The notes beneath the pieces are model-generated. The model was not told where the DNA came from and did not search any database. It saw only the letters and a program-made list of their open reading frames with translations. Of a DNA stretch of 64,000 nucleotides, positions 1-9,823 are shown in pieces (within the stretch, counting starts at the first letter, position 1; every line of letters begins with the position of its first letter). The position numbers and the translations under genes are program-made. The stretch is from an uncultured delta proteobacterium (GTDB lineage: Bacteria; Desulfobacterota; Binatia; Binatales; Binataceae), in NCBI GenBank assembly GCA_963711565.1, contig CAVQEQ010000004.1, positions 1,440,001 through 1,504,000 on the forward strand, read 5' to 3'.

Positions 1-1074
1 GTAGCCGAGCGCCTTGACGGCGGCGACGACCTCCTGGTGCTCGGCGATGTGATCGGCGCCGAAGACGCCTACGATCAGATCAAAACCGCGCTTGAGCTTC
101 TCGATGTGGTAGGCGATGTCGGGCGTGCGATATGTCGGCTGCTTGTCGGCATCGGAGCGCACCAGCACGGCGTCCTTGGGAAGTCCGAGCGGCTCGCCCC
201 GCAGCCAGATCGCGCCGTCCATTTCGACGGTGAGACCGGCGTCGTGCAGCGCCTTCAAGACCGCGTCGACCTTTCCCGAATTGAAGAGATCGAGCTCATT
301 GGTGAAGACGTCGAAGCGGATTCCAAGCCGCGTACAGGTCTGGTTGATGTCGGCGAAGATGGCTTTCACAGCCACCGAGCGGAATATCTCGAGATCGGTG
401 ACGGATACCAGCGAATCGCTCCGCTCCGCTTTCAGAGCGCGCGCGATATCGACGATGTACTCGCCCTGGTAGCCATCCTCGGGCATCACCGCGTCGATGC
501 CGTGCGCTTGCAGATAGCGCACGCGGACCGACTCACCGAGCAACTTCATCTGGCGGCCGCCGTCGTTGAAATAATACTCGCGCGTCACGTCGAAGCCGGC
601 CGCTTCGTGCAGGCGCGCGATCGTATCGCCGAGCACGGCGTTGCGGCCATGGCCGACGGTGACCGGACCGGTGGGATTCGCGGAGAGAAACTCAACCTGG
701 ACTTTCTTCCCGGCGCCCGGACGCAGCTCCCACGCCGCTGGTTTCCAGAACGCGCGGCCCGCGCTCGCAGCCCGACGCATCTCGGAATGCCAATAGGCGG
801 GAGCCATTTTGAAATTGATAAAGCCCGGACCGGCGACTGAAACCTCGCTAACTTCCGCCGGCAGCGTGACGTGCGACTTGATTATCGCCGCGATCGCTCG
901 CGGCGCTTTGCGTTCGGGTTTTGCAAGAGTCAGCGCGACGTTCGAGGCAACGTCACCGTGAGCGGAGTCGCGCGGCGCTTCGATTCCGATCGAGGCAATT
1001 TCGGTGGTCAACTGACCCGCGGCGCGCGCCCGCCCGATTGCGTCGCGAAGGATGGAGACGATCAGTTCTTTCAT
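1..1074 (-). CDS. argS: Arginine--tRNA ligase, 5' part (runs off window edge)
   Basis: Not in ORF track. Hand translation from ATG 1074: MKELIVSILRDAI...HGDVASNVAL...VAGPGFINF...KKVQVEFLSANPTGPVTVGHGRNAVLGD...REYYFNDGGRQ...GADH. Class I HIGH region of ArgRS; frame open to base 1. Confidence 0.96.
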   Translation of the reverse strand, partial: MKELIVSILRDAIGRARAAGQLTTEIASIGIEAPRDSAHGDVASNVALTLAKPERKAPRAIAAIIKSHVTLPAEVSEVSVAGPGFINFKMAPAYWHSEMRRAASAGRAFWKPAAWELRPGAGKKVQVEFLSANPTGPVTVGHGRNAVLGDTIARLHEAAGFDVTREYYFNDGGRQMKLLGESVRVRYLQAHGIDAVMPEDGYQGEYIVDIARALKAERSDSLVSVTDLEIFRSVAVKAIFADINQTCTRLGIRFDVFTNELDLFNSGKVDAVLKALHDAGLTVEMDGAIWLRGEPLGLPKDAVLVRSDADKQPTYRTPDIAYHIEKLKRGFDLIVGVFGADHIAEHQEVVAAVKALGY

Positions 1075-1171
1075 CGTTGAAGCCGTAGGTGCGTGCCGCA
1101 ATCGTGTCAGATAGACGCGGTCATGTTAAGGCGGGGTGACGCTCAGCGCGGGAGTTAGTCACTTTATTGAA

Positions 1172-1227
1172 TGTGAAACCCGCCAGGGTTTCACGCTTCC
1201 TTGGGCAGGGGTGACCCCTGCACCCAG
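1172..1227 (-). repeat. Double-hairpin palindromic element in argS leader (copy A)
   Basis: Minus strand CTGGGTGCAGGGGTCACCCCTGCCCAAGGAAGCGTGAAACCCTGGCGGGTTTCACA, near-identical to 61389-61444. Confidence 0.85.
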
Positions 1228-1243
1228 TAAGAGGAAAAGAGGC

Positions 1244-1693
1244 TTAGTCCTTTTTCCTGGTCCACGCGGGGTCGCTGTTGAGAGTTGGGTAGCCGGATCC
1301 TAACTGAATCAGGACGCCGTGCGAGGAGCGCGGCGAGATGAACGACTCGAAACTGGTTGGCGACCATTCGTGCTCGTCAACGATGCGCACGCCCTGCTCT
1401 TTCAGCTCGGCGGTTTTGCCTTTGCAGTCCGGCACGTTGAACGTCAGATGATGCATCCCCTCGCCGCGCTTTTCGAGAAACTTGTGCAGGAACGAATTCG
1501 CGCCGAGCGGCTCCAGCAGCTCGATTGACAACCCGCTGAGATCGAGCGCGGCGAGCTTGTAGCCGGCCGCTTCGTTGGCGGCCTCGAATACAAAGCTGGC
1601 GCCGAGGACGCCTTCGAAGAACTTGCGCGCCTCGGCGACGCTCTTAACCGCGATTCCGATGTGATCGAGTTTGCCGATTGGTGAATTTGCCAT
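1244..1693 (-). CDS. VOC-family protein, methylmalonyl-CoA epimerase-like
   Basis: LDHIGIAV, IELLEP, GEGMHHLTF, SPRSSHGVLIQL motifs. Confidence 0.85.
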   Translation of the reverse strand: MANSPIGKLDHIGIAVKSVAEARKFFEGVLGASFVFEAANEAAGYKLAALDLSGLSIELLEPLGANSFLHKFLEKRGEGMHHLTFNVPDCKGKTAELKEQGVRIVDEHEWSPTSFESFISPRSSHGVLIQLGSGYPTLNSDPAWTRKKD

Positions 1694-1758
1694 CGCTCCC
1701 TTCTCACTGTCTCCAGATCGATTGACGTGAAGTCGAATATGATCGAATAGAGATAGCT

Positions 1759-2253
1759 ATGCCAGCGACGCAATGGAAAATACCGCCGCTCATCAAGGCC
1801 TACGAGGCGCTCGGCGCGATTGGCGACGGCCGCGTGCGAATCGAAGACGACCGGCGCGCGACCGTGACCTCGTCGGACGGGTCGAAGAAATACGAAGTTG
1901 AGATGTCGGCGGACGGGCGCGAGATCGCGTCCAATGACAACGCGTCTTACTGGCAGGGTTACGTCGGCTATCCCGCGATCGCGGTGCTGATCGCGCGCGG
2001 ACTTTATCGTCCGCCGGCAAACGTCACTGACGCGCTGGCGGGAGTGGCGTGGAAGGAACTCAATCGCAAGTACAAAAACGACTTGGCGAAGACGATCGCG
2101 GATGTCGATCAGGAGCTGGAGCAAGGCGGGCACGATCCCGACGCGGTGAGATCGGAAGCTGAGGCCGTACTGACTTTTCTTCGCGCGCTGAAACCCGTGC
2201 GCGGCAAGCGCAGCCGCCCGCCGGCGGAGAAGCCCGCCGTCAAGCTTCGCTAG
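1759..2253 (+). CDS. Conserved hypothetical protein
   Basis: 164 aa with host-like codon usage; motif-like blocks IKAYEALGAIGDGR, SNDNASYWQGYVGYPAIA, WKELN. Confidence 0.8.
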   Translation: MPATQWKIPPLIKAYEALGAIGDGRVRIEDDRRATVTSSDGSKKYEVEMSADGREIASNDNASYWQGYVGYPAIAVLIARGLYRPPANVTDALAGVAWKELNRKYKNDLAKTIADVDQELEQGGHDPDAVRSEAEAVLTFLRALKPVRGKRSRPPAEKPAVKLR

Positions 2254-2558
2254 CTACAGGTACCGCTCACAGACACGTTGTACGACTGGACGATTAAGAA
2301 ATCGCGCATGGTGAGTTCCGTCGTCACTCCCGAGACTCTGCCGGTGGCGCAGTTGCTCAGCAGGTTGGCGAGCGCGGTCTGCGTCAGCCCTTGCGGGGCA
2401 ATGAGATGAAGGTAGCCGAGGTCGCTGGCGCTCGCGCTGATTGGATTGCCGGGACCGCCCTTGTCGGAGATCGTGCTCGTTTGAATGAAGACGCATCCGC
2501 AGGTCTGCGCGCATCCCGCAAGCATCGCGGCAAGGGCGATCGATTGGAGCAGTTTCAT
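2250..2558 (-). CDS. Small putative lipoprotein
   Basis: MKLLQSIALAAMLAGC lipobox; additional Cys residues; stop overlaps the convergent ORF stop. Start could be 2579. Confidence 0.65.
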   Translation of the reverse strand: MKLLQSIALAAMLAGCAQTCGCVFIQTSTISDKGGPGNPISASASDLGYLHLIAPQGLTQTALANLLSNCATGRVSGVTTELTMRDFLIVQSYNVSVSGTCS

Positions 2559-2672
2559 CGCAGCGATGGTAGTGCGCATCGCGAAATTGAGTCAATCGAG
2601 CGCGCGCGAATGCTGTTGCGCGATCAAGCAAGATGCTAGCGTGGCGAAATTCGCGGTGGGACGGGGGCTTCG

Positions 2673-3314
2673 ATGGCGAACGGGACTGGCGGCTCGATCA
2701 CATCTTTCTTCACGATATGGACAGAGCCGCGCGCGACGATTCGGCGCATCGTCGATACCGAGCCGACGCGCCACGTAATCGCGCTCGCGGCGATCGGGCC
2801 CGCGATTGGCGCGCTGGCGCGTCAGTGGTCGAAGGCGCTGGACAGCAACGCCCATCTGTCGGTGCTATGGCCGATAGAGGTCGCACTCACCGTCGTATTC
2901 GCGGCGGCCCTTGGCGTTATCTCTCTGTACATTTCCGGCGTGATTTTGAGATGGTCGGGAGGCCTGCTGGGCGGCGTCGCGAGCCGAGTCGAAGTGCGCG
3001 CGGCGATTGCCTGGTCGCAAGTGCCTGCAATCGCCGGTGAGATCGTGCTGCTGATCGCCGTCCTGAGCGGTATTCCGATACCGCATGCGACGCCGGGATC
3101 GATACTGGAAATCGATCCCGCGTTTTACAAGGTTGCCGTCGTTGAAGGGGTGCTCAGCCTCTGGGGAGGAATCGTCGCGCTGTACTGTCTTGCCGAGGTA
3201 CATCGATTCTCGGCGTGGCGCGCGCTTTGTACGACCCTGATCCCGGCGTTGATCGCGATGATCGTCCTGGGATTCGGCGTCTTTGTAGTCTACTCACTAA
3301 TCGGACATCACTGA
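2673..3314 (+). CDS. Yip1-family membrane protein
   Basis: FFTIWTEPRATIRRI start, about 5 TM segments, LAEVHRFSAWRA motif. Confidence 0.85.
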   Translation: MANGTGGSITSFFTIWTEPRATIRRIVDTEPTRHVIALAAIGPAIGALARQWSKALDSNAHLSVLWPIEVALTVVFAAALGVISLYISGVILRWSGGLLGGVASRVEVRAAIAWSQVPAIAGEIVLLIAVLSGIPIPHATPGSILEIDPAFYKVAVVEGVLSLWGGIVALYCLAEVHRFSAWRALCTTLIPALIAMIVLGFGVFVVYSLIGHH

Positions 3315-3318
3315 TCGA

Positions 3319-5489
3319 TCAGTCCACGTGTAACCGCGCTGCCAGCCGCGAGAAGCGAAGGCGCTCGTCCTGGTTGCGCACCGCCTGCTGCAACGCGCCC
3401 TTCGTCCCGACCAGCACGCATACACGCTCGGCGCGCGTGATCGCCGTATAGAGCAGATTGCGGCGCAGCATCAGGTAGTGGCTCGAATGTATCGGCATCA
3501 CGATCGCGGGATACTGGCTGCCCTGGCTCTTGTGCACCGAGATGGCGTAGGCGAGCGCGAGTTCGTCGAGCTCCGACAGATCGTATTCGGCGTGCGTCTC
3601 CTCGAACACGACGCTGAGGCGCGCCTTATCGGTGTCGATCGCGAGAATCCTCCCGATCGAGCCGTTGAAGACGCCCTTGTCGTAATTGTTGCGCAACTGG
3701 ATGACGCGATCCCCCTCTCGAAACGTCCGGTCGCCAGAGCGGATTTCGCGGCCTACTGGATTCAGCAAAGCTTGCAACTCGCGATTTAGAATGTGCGTGC
3801 CGAGCGGGCCGCGATTCATCGGGGTCAGCACTTGGATATCGCGCGGATCGTTGATGCCGAAGCGTCCAATCAGGCGCTGCTGCAAGAGCTGCTTGATCGT
3901 CGCGAGCACGTCCTCGGCGGCGTTGCGCTCGAAGAAGAAGAAGTCGCCTTCGGCGTCGTTGGAGAGTTGCGGGAACTCGCCGCGATTCAGGCGATGAGCG
4001 TTGGCGACGATCAAGCTGCGGCGCGCCTGCCGGTAAACCTCCTTCAACTGCACCACCGGCACGAAGCCGGACGCGATCACGTCCTTGAGCACACTGCCGG
4101 GACCGACCGACGGCAGTTGATCGCGATCGCCGACCAGCAACAGCGAGCAGTTCGGCATCAGCGCGGACAGCAGGCTGGAGGCGAGCTCGACATCCATCAT
4201 CGAGGCCTCGTCGATGATCAGATAATTGGTGCGGAGCGGAAAATTCTTGCCGCGGATGAATCCGCCGCTCTGCGGATCGTATTCGAGCAGTCGGTGAATC
4301 GTCTGCGCATCGCGGCCCGCGGCGTCCTGGAGCCGGCGAGCGGCGCGTCCGGTCGGCGCGGCGAGCGTGGGCTTCAAACCAACGTCGGCGAGCGCGACCA
4401 GCAGCGAGCGCAGCAAAGTCGTCTTGCCAGTGCCGGGACCGCCGGTGATTACAGTGACGCAGCTCGCCAGCGCGCATCGCAGCGCGCTCTTTTGTTCGGC
4501 TGAAAGCTCCAGTTCAGACGATTTGATCGCGGCCGTGACCGCGCGATCGATCAGCTCTTTGTTCATCGCGCGGCCCGCGCTCAATTCCGCGATTCGCGCG
4601 GCGACGTTCACTTCCGCCTCGTGCAGGCGCGCGAGGTAAATCGCGATGTGGTCGTCCGCTTCTTCCGCGATCACCTCGCCGCCGGCGGCGAGCTCGTTGA
4701 CGGCGTCGTGCGCGAGGTCAGGGTCCATCTCGAGTGCGGTGCGGAACTGCCCTTCGAGATACTCGAACGGCGAATAGACGTGACCCTCGTCGGACATGCG
4801 TTCGAGGATGTAGAGGACGGCGGCGCGCGCGCGCTGGATCGAGTTGCGCGGGATACCGAGTTTCTCCGCGATGGCGTCGGCGGTGCGAAAGCCGATGCCG
4901 TGAATCGTGTGTGCGAGCACGTACGGGTCACGCTTGACAACGTCGAGCGCGTCCTTGCCGTAGAACTTGTGGATGCGCCGTGCGTGCGTCGCCGCCAGTC
5001 CGTGGCCGCGCAGAAAGACGGTCAGCTCGCGCAGGCCCGACGCGTCGCGCCAGGTCGTCGCGATCAGGCGCGCAACCGCGGCGCTGATGCCTGAGACCTC
5101 GCGCATGCGTTCGGGCGCGTTGTCGAGCACTTCGCCGAGCGTGTCGCCGAAATGCTCCGAGATTCGCCGCGCGAGCCTTGGGCCGATACCTTTTATTTCG
5201 GAAGCGAGGTAGCGCTCTATCGCTACGGCGCCGGCGGCCGCAGCGTTTCGAAATCGACTACGTGGAACTGCTCGCCATAGGTCTTGTGCTGCTCGAAGCC
5301 GCCGAGCGCTCGAATGGTCGAACCGACTTCGAGACCGGCTAGATTGCCGACGACGGTGACGCGGCGGAAGTCGCCATGCTCCTGAGGCACGACTACGATG
5401 GCGACCGAGTAGCCGCTCTTGTCGTTGACGAACAAGACTTGGTCGAGGATGCCTTCGAGCGTCTCGTTCGCTTGAACCGCTTGTGCCAC
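3319..5489 (-). pseudogene. recD2: ATP-dependent RecD2-like SF1B helicase, frameshifted near 5235
   Basis: 5223-5489 encodes the N-terminal block (LEGILDQVLFVN..GYSV..HKTYGEQF). The other frame continues AIERYLASEIKGIGPRLARRI into ORF 3319-5130 (TGGPGTGKT, APTGRAA, IIDEASM, GDRDQLPSVGPG, HKSQGSQY, LYTAITRA). Confidence 0.9.
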
Positions 5490-5987
5490 GGCAAGAGGAT
5501 TACGTGCCGCGAGCCCCGCGTCCAGTTGATGGGGACGCGAGCATCAACAGGCGCGCTTGCGATCGTCGAGAACTCCGTCGATTAGGTCGAGAGCGACGTC
5601 GGTGTCGCCCTCGGCGGCACGCATTTTAAGACAGCATATAAGCGTCTTCCTGGCGAAAATGAGGAGCAGGGCTGCCGAAATTGCGACTGGTCGGTTCGAC
5701 GAAGGGTGTAAAGTCATACCACATGTTGTGGTTCAATGATGCGCACGACCATCGGTAGCTTCGTTCCGTCAAATTTCGTGGTTCGAAAATAATCTTGCCG
5801 AGGCGTCGGGCGAGCGCGGAATATTTTTGGGTTGACCATGCTGAATGACGTAGCACGTTTCGCGCGCGGCCGTCAGGCTGAACAGTTCATCCCTGAACTC
5901 GGATAGCAGATTCCGGCGAGCGGTGGCTTATCGCAGATGTGGAGAACGAACCTTGGATCACCGACGCAGGCACTTGTCGCGCAAGGT

Positions 5988-6017
5988 TTGACAATATGTC
6001 GCGTATCGCGCTACATT
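5988..6017 (+). promoter_or_regulatory. sigma70-type promoter with overlapping inverted repeat (putative HigA operator)
   Basis: TTGACA(5988-5993)-N18-TACATT(6012-6017); imperfect palindrome TGTCGCG-TAT-CGCGCTACA across the spacer; GTG start 10 nt downstream. Confidence 0.7.
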
Positions 6018-6027
6018 CAAATCATCC

Positions 6028-6303
6028 GTGATTAAGAGCTTCCGCCACAAGGGACTCAAGGAACTCTTCGAAACGGGTGGCAGCGCCGCAATCCCGCCCC
6101 AACTCAGGAGACGCTGCGCGACGATGTTGGAAGTAATCGATGAAGCCGAAAATCTGATCGACTTGTCCGGTCCAGGCTACAGAACTCATCCGCTGAACAC
6201 GAATCCGCAACGCTATGCGATGGCAGTCAATGGACCGTGGCGCATCACCTTCGAATTCGACAATGGCAGCGCTCTTAGAATCGATCTAGAGCAATACCAT
6301 TGA
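6028..6303 (+). CDS. higB: HigB/RelE-like toxin (plasmid maintenance killer family)
   Basis: MIKSFRHKGLKELFETG...HPL...VNGPWRITFEF...IDLEQYH. Confidence 0.93.
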   Translation: MIKSFRHKGLKELFETGGSAAIPPQLRRRCATMLEVIDEAENLIDLSGPGYRTHPLNTNPQRYAMAVNGPWRITFEFDNGSALRIDLEQYH

Positions 6304-6351
6304 CGTATCCAAACCCATTGTTACAAATCAGATGAGGATGGGAGTTCGGCT

Positions 6352-6678
6352 ATGACTCAGGAATATCCGGTCGATCGCGCGAAGGTAGAAGCCCGGAAAC
6401 CAATCCATCCCGGCGTCATCTTCGCCGAAGATGTGATGCCCGAACTGCGGCGCAATCGGACTATCGGTGAAATCGCTACGTTGCTCGGCATCAGCAGACA
6501 GACGTTGCATCGAGTGATGGCCGGAGAGATGGCGATCAGCGCTGATATGGCGGCGCGTCTGGGCAAGCTCTGTGGCAACGGTCCGGGAATCTGGATCAGG
6601 CTGCAGGGGCGTTACGATACCTGGGAAGCAACGCGTCGGCTACGCAAAGAACTGAAGAAGATTCCGACGCTCGCATAA
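6352..6678 (+). CDS. higA: HigA antitoxin (XRE HTH)
   Basis: PIHPGVIF, LGISRQTL, ISADMAARLGK..GNGPGIWIRLQ..YD; downstream of higB. Confidence 0.93.
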   Translation: MTQEYPVDRAKVEARKPIHPGVIFAEDVMPELRRNRTIGEIATLLGISRQTLHRVMAGEMAISADMAARLGKLCGNGPGIWIRLQGRYDTWEATRRLRKELKKIPTLA

Positions 6679-6782
6679 GAGACCCGACAATCCGGCATGG
6701 ATCGAACCGGCGCGGTTGCCGTATTCCTGAGCCGCGGGCAGGGCCGCCCGCGCCACTGAGGTTGTGATTGCCGGCGGTCGAA

Positions 6783-8174
6783 TCAAACTTCGATGGTTTC
6801 CCAGTGGCCGGTTTGGAAGCGCCAGACTTTTACTGTCGAGCGGACGATGTAGTCGGCCAGCAGGGACCACCAGATGTAGTTGATGCTGCCGCCGTGATAC
6901 CAAATCAGAATTGTCAGGAAGAGGCGCATTCCGTAGAAGCCTGCCAGCGAGCCGTAGAGCGGGAACTGCGAGTCGCCCGCGCCGCGCAGTGCGCCGGTGA
7001 TTGTCCAATCTATTGCCATCAGCGGCTGCGCGGCGGCGAGTGCGTACATGAACTGCACGGTGTACTCGATGACCGTTTTGTCGTCGATGAAGAGCGCCGC
7101 AATCCAGTGAGCGAAGACGATAAACAGCAGGCCCATCGCGGTCATCAGCACTATCGACATCCTCGTCGCTTCCCATCCCGCTTTGCGCGAGAAGACCGGG
7201 TCGCGCGCACCGAGACCCTGGCCGACGAGCGTGGCGGAGGCCGATGAGAATCCGAAGCCGGGCAGGAATGACAGCGCGAGGATTCGGACACCGATGAAAT
7301 ACGCGGCGATTTCCTTGGCGCCGTAACGCGCGATGAATCCGACATAGGCGACGAAGCCGAACTGGATCAGCAACTGCTCGATGGCGGCGGGATTGCCGAC
7401 GCTGAGAATCCGGCGGCCGAGGCCGAAGTCGGGCCACAGGCCTTTCCATCGGAAGTTGAGGACCATGCCGGGAATCGACAAGGCGTAGAAAAACAGGATC
7501 CCGCCGAACGCGATCGCGATTAAGGTCGCGATCGCCGAGCCGTCAACGCCGAGCGCGGGAAATCCGAGCTTGCCGAAGATGAGCACGTAGTTGAGGAAGA
7601 TTGCGAGCACGTCGATGATGCCGCCGATCCACAGCGGCGTGCGCGTGTCGCCGGCGCCGCGCAGCGCCGACGCGCACATCAGGAAGATGCCCTGGAACGG
7701 CTCCGACAGCATCACGACTTGTAGGTATCGAGCGCCCATGTCGGCCATCTGGCCGTGGACCTGGAACAGTTCGAGCAGCGGATGCGCGAAAATGATTACG
7801 GGGATCGCGATGATGGTCGAAACCAATACGCCGAAGACCACCGACTGCTTGAGCACTTCCTCGGCGCTGTCGCGATCGTTCGCACCGACGTAACGCGCGA
7901 CCAGCGCAATCGTGCCGGTGCCGACGGCTGCGATGCCCGCGCGCACCGCACCGAGGATTTGCGTGGCGAGTCCGACCGCGCCGACCGCGTCCGCGCCGAG
8001 CCGCCCGACCATCAGCATCGAGGAGAGGCCGAGAATCGAATCGAGGCCGAACGAAAGGATCACCGGCCACGCGAGCGCCCACACCTCGAAGCGCATCCGC
8101 GAGATCGGCGGCAGGGTCATCGCGACCCCGCCCCGCGCACCAACGTCGGGGGCCGCTTCGAGAAACTCGGACAT
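6783..8174 (-). CDS. MATE-family efflux transporter
   Basis: LAWPVIL, MVGRLGADAVGAVG, LRGAGDTRTP, LNYVLIFGKLGFPALGVDGSAIAT; about 12 TM. Confidence 0.93.
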   Translation of the reverse strand: MSEFLEAAPDVGARGGVAMTLPPISRMRFEVWALAWPVILSFGLDSILGLSSMLMVGRLGADAVGAVGLATQILGAVRAGIAAVGTGTIALVARYVGANDRDSAEEVLKQSVVFGVLVSTIIAIPVIIFAHPLLELFQVHGQMADMGARYLQVVMLSEPFQGIFLMCASALRGAGDTRTPLWIGGIIDVLAIFLNYVLIFGKLGFPALGVDGSAIATLIAIAFGGILFFYALSIPGMVLNFRWKGLWPDFGLGRRILSVGNPAAIEQLLIQFGFVAYVGFIARYGAKEIAAYFIGVRILALSFLPGFGFSSASATLVGQGLGARDPVFSRKAGWEATRMSIVLMTAMGLLFIVFAHWIAALFIDDKTVIEYTVQFMYALAAAQPLMAIDWTITGALRGAGDSQFPLYGSLAGFYGMRLFLTILIWYHGGSINYIWWSLLADYIVRSTVKVWRFQTGHWETIEV

Positions 8175-8270
8175 GATTGAGATCAGTTACGCCAGCACGA
8201 GGCGTGATAGTCAATGGACTGCGCGCGCGCACGCTCATGAAGATCGTGCGGGCGCGGGAAATCCGCTACT

Positions 8271-9782
8271 ATGCCGTGCACGAAGCCGGTGGAGATGAGG
8301 CAGGCAGGTTCAGCCACGATAGAATCGGCGCCGCGAGCGGAACCTTCGCGCCGGGAGCTGTGGTCGCGCCGGCCGGTACAAATCTTCGCCGCGATCTTCG
8401 GCGTCGCGGCAGTCATCTACTCGTATCGGCTTGGCGCGGACGCGCTCGGCGCGAGCGAGGCGTTCAGCGCATGGTCGGCGGCGAAGCCGGGAATCGGCGC
8501 GATTGCGCGCACGCCGATACTGTACGAGCCGGGAAAATTTCTTTTCTACTACGGCGCGCTTCATTACTACACGCGGATTTTCGGGTTGAGCGAAGTCTCG
8601 TTGCGCTCGATGTCGGTAGTCCTTTCGATTGCGACGCTCGCGCTGGTGTTCGCGCTCGGCTGCGAAATGTTCGACGACAATACGGCGCTCGCCGCGGCCG
8701 CGATCTGGGCATTCAACCCGTTCGCGGTGGTGTTCGCGCACACGGCGCGAATGTACCCGATGATCCTGATGCTGGCGCTCGCGCAACTCCTGATGTTGTG
8801 GCGAATCCGCAGGCGGCCGAACGCAAGCCTCGCCGTGTTGTGCGGTGTCGTCGGCGCCGCGCTGCTCTACACCCACATGGGCGGGATTCTGTTCATCGGA
8901 GCGGCGCTGGCAATGCTCGTCCGCGATTACATCCGCGGGCGGCGAAATCCGATGCCGTGGCTGGCGATGGCAGTGACGCTGGTGCTGTTCGTGCCGTACG
9001 TGCCGGTGCTTCGCGCGCAGAGCGAGACGATGATCTCGGGCCATTGGCTCGATTGGATCGGCACTCAGTATGAATATCCACTCTGGATCAAAGTGGCGTC
9101 GGTGCTCGGAGCCGCCGCGGTCTGCGCCTGGTTTGTATTCGGTGCAAGCCCGGAATTGGATCGCGACGACAGACTCCGCTGGGTTGCCGCCTGGACGATC
9201 CTGCCGGGACTCGTGCTCGCTGCGGGCTCGATCGCGATTCGCCCGGCATTCAATCTGCGGTACATCGCGCCGTCGCTCGCCACGGCCGCATTGCTGATCG
9301 CAGCCGGAGTCGCGCAGGTGAGCGTGAAATGGCGGAATCTCACGGCGGCAGGATTCGCGCTGGTGTGCTTGATCATGCTGCCGTTCGATCGAACCAGAGC
9401 GCAGCCGTGGCGAGAGATTGCCGCGCAAGTGGCGACAGAAGGTGGAGCGGCTGATCCGGTTTTCTTTGAAGCGGGGTTCGTGTCGAACGACAACGCGCCG
9501 AACGTTCCGAACGGCGGATTTCCATTCGGCTTCTACTCGATTCCGTTCGATTACTACTTCAAGGGCGCCAATCCGCGAATAGCTATTCCGGGATTCGATA
9601 GTGCGGCTGCGCGAACGACTATTGAGGAACGGGTGTCATCGGCGGGCGGCGGATGGCTTGTCAGTTGGAAGGAAGGCGATGCGATAAACTCCGAGCTGCC
9701 TGATTCGAAGCGGTTCAAGACCGTCGAGAAGTACAGCAGCGACCGCCTGGCGTTTTACCGGATCACGCCGGCGCACAAATGA
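8271..9782 (+). CDS. GT-C fold glycosyltransferase (GT39/PMT_2-like)
   Basis: Polytopic; LGASEAFS (degenerate DE motif), FGLSEVSLRSMS, ARMYP motifs; periplasmic C-terminal domain. Confidence 0.8.
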   Translation: MPCTKPVEMRQAGSATIESAPRAEPSRRELWSRRPVQIFAAIFGVAAVIYSYRLGADALGASEAFSAWSAAKPGIGAIARTPILYEPGKFLFYYGALHYYTRIFGLSEVSLRSMSVVLSIATLALVFALGCEMFDDNTALAAAAIWAFNPFAVVFAHTARMYPMILMLALAQLLMLWRIRRRPNASLAVLCGVVGAALLYTHMGGILFIGAALAMLVRDYIRGRRNPMPWLAMAVTLVLFVPYVPVLRAQSETMISGHWLDWIGTQYEYPLWIKVASVLGAAAVCAWFVFGASPELDRDDRLRWVAAWTILPGLVLAAGSIAIRPAFNLRYIAPSLATAALLIAAGVAQVSVKWRNLTAAGFALVCLIMLPFDRTRAQPWREIAAQVATEGGAADPVFFEAGFVSNDNAPNVPNGGFPFGFYSIPFDYYFKGANPRIAIPGFDSAAARTTIEERVSSAGGGWLVSWKEGDAINSELPDSKRFKTVEKYSSDRLAFYRITPAHK

Positions 9783-9796
9783 GATGGACAAAGAAA

Positions 9797-9823
9797 GGCG
9801 GGCACGGCGGCCCGCCCCACTAC
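9797..9823 (-). repeat. GTAG-type REP-like palindrome
   Basis: Minus strand GTAGTGGGGCGGGCCGCCGTGCCCGCC between convergent genes. Confidence 0.6.

Noticed and set aside
37-840. 267-aa + strand ORF
   Set aside because: Antisense shadow of argS, which carries clear ArgRS motifs on the minus strand.
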